A stretch of 32,000 nucleotides of DNA from Trichodesmium erythraeum IMS101. GTDB lineage: Bacteria; Cyanobacteriota; Cyanobacteriia; Cyanobacteriales; Microcoleaceae. Below, one piece after another: positions 27,617 through 32,000 of the stretch. The notes beneath the pieces are model-generated. The model searched no databases. It saw only the letters and a program-made list of their open reading frames with translations, and had not been told where the DNA came from. Both the position numbers and the translations under genes were made by a program. How positions within the stretch are numbered: the first letter of the stretch is position 1; each line of letters begins with the position of its first letter. The stretch covers positions 6,810,001 to 6,842,000 of the forward strand of contig NC_008312.1 in assembly GCF_000014265.1 (NCBI RefSeq). The letters run 5' to 3'.

Positions 27617-28732
27617 ATGATGAAATACATACTAACTAATATACCAAAATATATTATTGACTCAAAATATGACGATCTACTCTCCCCTGAAATGCCATCT
27701 GAATCTATTGTCAAAAGATTTGGAAATGCAGGAAATTGCATGTTTTGGGAGTCTACAAAAAAAATCATAAACAATCAAACAAATTTGGAACTTTTGAATT
27801 TATTACATGATTTTAGAGAAAATAAAAATTATTACAAAAATAAAATTGAGATGGTTGTCATTGTAATGGCAAATGGCATCAATATCTTACCTAGGTCTTT
27901 TAACATTTTTAATGTTTTTTTTAATTCAATCAAGGATCTCAATTGTAAAAAATATTTGTTTTCCATTGGTGCTCAATCAAGCACACTTGAATTCAGAAAA
28001 TTTTCCGATCAAGAGAAAAAAATATACCTTAATTTTCTTTCTTGTTTTGAATATGCATTCCTAAGAGGTCAATACACATATGACTTGCTTAAATACAACG
28101 ATATCCCGTTAACGAATTGTGAAGTTGTTGGATGTCCTTCAATTTTATTAGAACCAGTTGATACGGACGAAATGAAGATTAAATTTGAAAAACTCAAGAA
28201 ACAAAACGTAGATGAAATTAAAATAGGAATAAATTATCCAGGCCATCATCAGCACCCTCAATTGCGCAAGCATTTTGTCTGTATTATGCATGATCCAAAT
28301 GTTTACACTTTAGCAGTTAATGAGCCAAGAATGTACGACTTTATCAACAAAGGTAAATCATTTCCATTACTTAAATATTCCGATGAAAAAAATATTGAAA
28401 AAAATAGAAACAACTTTATTTTTAGTGGTAATGTTTTTGAATCAATAGAGTTTTTCAGAAATAATGCCAACCTAATGATAGGAACTCGAATTCACGGAAC
28501 CATTTTGGGTTTAATGGCAGGACTACCCTCTATGTGTTTAGTTATAGATAGCAGAACCTATGAATTATGTGAACAAATGAGAATTCCTTACATCAATTGT
28601 ATTGAAAAAACAATAGAATTTCAGACTAAAGAGGAATTACTTCAAATATTCTTAAATAATTTTGATGCTACCAAATTAGATGGTCTTAAAGAAGTTATTG
28701 ATAAAAACAAAAATAAATATTTAATCTCATAA
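27617..28732 (+). CDS. Polysaccharide pyruvyl transferase family protein (CsaB/WcaK-like)
   Basis: 371 aa, after an 18-nt gap. The N-terminal ..FGNAGNCMF.. and C-terminal ..MIGTRIHGTILGLMAGLPSMCLVIDSRTYELCEQMRIPYI.. resemble the PS_pyruv_trans signature (..R.H..I.A...G.P.......K......). Confidence 0.55.
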   Translation: MMKYILTNIPKYIIDSKYDDLLSPEMPSESIVKRFGNAGNCMFWESTKKIINNQTNLELLNLLHDFRENKNYYKNKIEMVVIVMANGINILPRSFNIFNVFFNSIKDLNCKKYLFSIGAQSSTLEFRKFSDQEKKIYLNFLSCFEYAFLRGQYTYDLLKYNDIPLTNCEVVGCPSILLEPVDTDEMKIKFEKLKKQNVDEIKIGINYPGHHQHPQLRKHFVCIMHDPNVYTLAVNEPRMYDFINKGKSFPLLKYSDEKNIEKNRNNFIFSGNVFESIEFFRNNANLMIGTRIHGTILGLMAGLPSMCLVIDSRTYELCEQMRIPYINCIEKTIEFQTKEELLQIFLNNFDATKLDGLKEVIDKNKNKYLIS

Positions 28733-28909
28733 TTAGGGCTTGCTGAAAAAGTCTTTTTCAGGAGTAGGAGACCCACCCATAATATCTCCCAGGAGGAGAA
28801 GTAGGGACGTTGCATAACCAAAATGGGAACCTCCCTACAGAGGAACGGGGAGTTGGTAGAGGAGGTAGTTGGATATATTTGTCCCTTCATTTGTCTGCCA
28901 TGGTCAGCC

Positions 28910-28941
28910 CTAAACCCTAACTTTTCTAAACCCTAACTTTT
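28910..28941. repeat. Perfect 16-nt tandem duplication CTAAACCCTAACTTTT x2
   Basis: 28910-28925 equals 28926-28941. It lies in the 503-bp convergent intergenic spacer. Confidence 0.85.
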
Positions 28942-29235
28942 TAAGATTAAACGAGCAAAAAGCTGGTGTTTGACCCCAATAAGGCTAAAGCCTTTATATG
29001 TCAATGCTTTTATGATTAATCCAAAGCCATAATTAGTCATAAACACAAGTACATTTTGCTCCTGTTCATCGTCGGTAGTGGCTGTCCATGGAACATTCCT
29101 ACTACTCTCTATTGCCTATTCCCTACTTCATAAACATTCCACCTCATAATGATTAAAATTATCCCTAAATTGATCAATGCCGAATTCTAATATTTAGATT
29201 TGTTGTTATCAAAGAATAAATTCCAGGATAACCCT

Positions 29236-32000
29236 CTACTTCAAAGCTGCCATATAGCCATGTATTCTTGCCTCATTATTTTTTTGTCTCATTATAATTA
29301 CTTTTTCATCTAAATTTTTATCCCTTCCCCACTGGCTATCATGTTCATTTAGCAACTTTATTTGTTCGTAAATGTTGTCTTTATTAACCAACTCATACCC
29401 AAAAGTTTTTTGGAAAAATGAAGCCTCCTCCAGACTGCGACTGAAAATCTCCTCCGGCAAAAAATTATGTGAATGATACACCACTGCATCTCTCCCATAC
29501 ACCTTTCCATACCCCGCCTCAATAACTTGCCAAGCCCAAGCCTGATCCTCTCCAAAACTAATCTCTGGATATGGAATTTTTTCCCAAACACATCGACGCA
29601 TACAGGAATTATTGTCGCTGTAAAAATGAAGTTTTTGTTTCCAGGACAAATCTTTGTTCTTATATAGCTTGAAATTTGTATTCTTATCAAGGTACACTGG
29701 TAGTTCATCAAAAATCTGAAAATGGTTTTCCAGGTCTCGCTTAGTAAAAGCATCTGCATCAGGATATGCTAAATGCTTGCCAAATATCCCTGCCGCATTA
29801 GGAAAATTTTCTAGTGTAGTCACCAGATAATATAACCAATTTTTATCCACTGGCAGAGCGTCATGGGTCAAAAAAGCAATATTTTCCCCTTCAGACAAAG
29901 ATGCCCCCAAGTTCCTAGTCTTACCATGCTGAAACTCGGACTTAGGTATCTCGTAAAGTCTAATTACTGGGTCTGCCTTCATCCATTCTAAGGTTCCATC
30001 TGTTGAGCCACTATCAATAACTACAATCTCAAACAACCACGGTGTGACTTGCTCCTTCACCCTTTCTATTACCTGTTTAAGCAACTCACCACCGTTCAAG
30101 GTTGGTATAAAAACAGAAGCTTTTGGTTTAGAGGGTTTTGCCTTAACAACTATGGAATTTGGCTTTTTTTCAAGAAGCCTATTTTGAATAAAACCGTTTA
30201 TCTTAGCTACTTCTTGTTCCCATGTAAACTGTTTTACCCATTCTGTTGCTAAATGTGCTTGTTCTTCACGGGGAGTTTTTGAGTCCATTAACTCTACAAT
30301 AGCATCAGTGATATCCAGAGGAGCCGGACCGGCTAACCTTACTACCCCTGGGGGAAATACAACTTCCGTACTTTCACCAGCCAGTTCTATCACTGGTAAA
30401 CCACAAGCCATCATCTCTTGAGGAACTAATGAATAATTAGTTGATGAAAATACAATACCAATGTCACTATCTTGGTAAAGTTCCCTTAGCTGTTGGGCAG
30501 TTAAAATTCCATGAGACTTAAACTGAAAAGGTGCACGATCAAAATTAGTATTCCCCCCAAAGAAATGCACTTCAAAATCTTCTCTATAAGTTGCTAACTT
30601 TTCTAATGCCAGCAACCCCAATTCAACAGCTCTTCTCTCTGTGCCACGACGATAATAAAAGGCAATTTTGACAACATCATTAACTTTTTCATCTGTTTGA
30701 GGAAAATAAACCGAAGTATCCACTGCTAGCCAAAACTTACAAGCCCAAGAACCGTATTTTTCAGACATTATTTTTTCTAGCCACGGCCCTGCACAAATGC
30801 AATCTAGTTTATAACTATAAGTCAAATCAGCCAAAAGTGCTTTTGTTCCTTGGGGAGAAAAGAACCGCTCGTAGTCTTGAACAAAGTAAAATCTGTTGTG
30901 GAAATTAGGATTGGAGACAGCAAACTGGACCGAACCCCAATCTGTGGCAATAATAACATCTCCTGCTGCACTCTCAAACTCTTCCCTGCCGATAATAAAC
31001 TTGACTTCTACCTGTAAAGTTTGAAAATACTTTAATATAGTCTCTAATGCCTCTGTTTCAAACTTATGAACAACTGGTTGGTATATCCAGAGAGTATTGT
31101 GATGACCGAGTTGACCTAGTAATTTGATAAATCGGAATATTGTCATGTGTCCCCCAGCACCGGGAGAAAAGTCACAAGTCACCCAATGTAGATTAAGACA
31201 ATTTAAGTCGAAATTGTGGGAGGCGGATAGTTCTGTGTATGAGTAGTCTATAAAAGCTCGCTTATCAGCTTCGTGTACTAACCGAACAAACCGATCTGTA
31301 TTATTTATTGTCCCTATCTCTGACTTGGAAAGTGCACTTGCCACACTTTTTGCTTTTGGCAAATTAGCCATGTCAGGATTTAGTTCTGTCGCCTTTTGAT
31401 AAGCTTCTTCAGCCTCCCCATCTTCCTCCAACTGCCATAAAACATCTCCCAACTGCTGCCAAACTATAGCCGACCTAGGATATAACTCCACAGCTTGACG
31501 CAGCTCAATCACAGCCTCCTCCCAATGCTCCAATTGCATCAAAGCATACCCAAGCTGGTGCCGAACTGGTGCGAACTTAGGATCAACCTCTACCACCAAA
31601 CGATACTCAACAATAGCCTCCTCCCATTTTTTTAACTGTAGGAAAGCATACCCCAGAGAATGGCGCACCTCCGCCCCATCAAAACCAAAATCTATCCCTC
31701 GTCGATACTCAACAACAGCCTCCTCCCATTGTTTTAACTGTCCCAAAGCCTTCCCTAAACCAAAGTACACCTCACCAGACTCCCCAGAGAAAGCTACAGC
31801 TTGACGATATAAAGCCACCGCTTCACTCCATCTTCCTAACTTACCTAAAGCTACTGCCCAACTGATACAGCAGTTAACCCGATATGGATAAATTTCCCAA
31901 CTCTGAGAATATAACTTTATTGCATCAGACCATTGCTCTTGACCAGACTTAGCTTCTGCCAAATAAAAATAACCCTCTGCCTGTAGAGCTCTTTCATATA
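29236..32000 (-). CDS. TPR-repeat protein fused to a WsaF-like GT4 glycosyltransferase and a GT2 glycosyltransferase (N-terminus outside the window)
   Basis: The frame stays open past the TTG at 31962 to the window edge (..YERALQAEGYFYL-AEAKSG..). TPR-like repeats of ~34 aa (..WEEA..EYR......P......LGY....L..) cover about the first 200 aa. Next comes HWVTCDFSPGAGGHMTIFRFIKLLGQLGH (WsaF-type GT signature), then a GT4 C-half (..VFSSTNYSLVPQEMMACGLPVIE). The C-terminal part is a GT2 module (ASVFIPTLNGGELLKQVIERVKEQ....EIVVIDSGSTDGT...FLTHDALP). Confidence 0.75.
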   Translation of the reverse strand, partial: YERALQAEGYFYLAEAKSGQEQWSDAIKLYSQSWEIYPYRVNCCISWAVALGKLGRWSEAVALYRQAVAFSGESGEVYFGLGKALGQLKQWEEAVVEYRRGIDFGFDGAEVRHSLGYAFLQLKKWEEAIVEYRLVVEVDPKFAPVRHQLGYALMQLEHWEEAVIELRQAVELYPRSAIVWQQLGDVLWQLEEDGEAEEAYQKATELNPDMANLPKAKSVASALSKSEIGTINNTDRFVRLVHEADKRAFIDYSYTELSASHNFDLNCLNLHWVTCDFSPGAGGHMTIFRFIKLLGQLGHHNTLWIYQPVVHKFETEALETILKYFQTLQVEVKFIIGREEFESAAGDVIIATDWGSVQFAVSNPNFHNRFYFVQDYERFFSPQGTKALLADLTYSYKLDCICAGPWLEKIMSEKYGSWACKFWLAVDTSVYFPQTDEKVNDVVKIAFYYRRGTERRAVELGLLALEKLATYREDFEVHFFGGNTNFDRAPFQFKSHGILTAQQLRELYQDSDIGIVFSSTNYSLVPQEMMACGLPVIELAGESTEVVFPPGVVRLAGPAPLDITDAIVELMDSKTPREEQAHLATEWVKQFTWEQEVAKINGFIQNRLLEKKPNSIVVKAKPSKPKASVFIPTLNGGELLKQVIERVKEQVTPWLFEIVVIDSGSTDGTLEWMKADPVIRLYEIPKSEFQHGKTRNLGASLSEGENIAFLTHDALPVDKNWLYYLVTTLENFPNAAGIFGKHLAYPDADAFTKRDLENHFQIFDELPVYLDKNTNFKLYKNKDLSWKQKLHFYSDNNSCMRRCVWEKIPYPEISFGEDQAWAWQVIEAGYGKVYGRDAVVYHSHNFLPEEIFSRSLEEASFFQKTFGYELVNKDNIYEQIKLLNEHDSQWGRDKNLDEKVIIMRQKNNEARIHGYMAALK

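Noticed and set aside
23677-28064. Nested ORFs 23677..23868, 25236..25427, 25933..26136, 25990..26211, 26871..27062, 27269..27451, 27592..27774 and 27873..28064
   Set aside because: All are off-frame or antisense inside the motif-bearing operon genes. AT-rich DNA with Lys/Ile/Phe-rich products of this kind is typically spurious.
28642-28890. ORF 28642..28890 (-)
   Set aside because: It overlaps the 3' end of the pyruvyl transferase gene and the repeat-rich spacer, and I recognise no motif.
28910-28941. Telomere-like CCCTAA motifs
   Set aside because: This is a 16-nt tandem duplication that happens to contain AACCCTAA. There are only two copies and the context is bacterial, so it is coincidence.
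29358-30252. ORFs 29358..29759 (-), 29473..29667 (+) and 30049..30252 (+)
   Set aside because: They are off-frame or antisense inside the TPR-GT gene.
1-32000. tRNA, rRNA, tmRNA or RNase P genes
   Set aside because: I found no GTTCGAATC-type T-arm or other conserved RNA-gene signature when reading both strands. This is an eye scan only and should be confirmed with tRNAscan-SE/Infernal.

Overview
This is a 32-kb chromosomal window from a low-GC cyanobacterium. At least nine perfect HIP1 octamers (GCGATCGC) lie between 5.5 and 20.8 kb. Spacers are long and AT-rich, and roughly three quarters of the window is coding. Species cannot be determined by eye. Contents from left to right: (1) The last ~4.5 kb of a giant repetitive surface protein, with cadherin-like modules followed by six FG-GAP blades; a 1-nt deletion splits it into two ORFs. 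(2) Two tandem paralogous TRAP-type solute-binding proteins with no membrane subunits nearby. (3) A housekeeping block: panB, a small Cys-rich ORF, a GNAT acetyltransferase, a group-2-like sigma-70 factor, a decayed IS200/IS605 tnpB 3' relic and a CbiX-type chelatase. (4) A 1.5-kb ORF-free AT-rich desert. (5) An envelope block: a DUF1460 amidase-like protein, a PBP4/DacB-type peptidase, an Rv1747-like 2xFHA-ABC exporter and an EVE-domain protein. (6) The most interesting part: a very AT-rich, HIP1-free, tightly packed four-gene operon at 22.9-28.7 kb. It carries four sulfotransferase-fold modules, two of them fused to a GH42-like barrel in one 1088-aa protein, plus a polysaccharide pyruvyl transferase. 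It is convergent with a TPR-GT4-GT2 glycosyltransferase that runs off the window. I read it as a candidate, apparently undescribed glycan sulfation/pyruvylation module. No rRNA, tRNA or CRISPR array was seen. All family assignments come from motif recognition by eye, not from searches.
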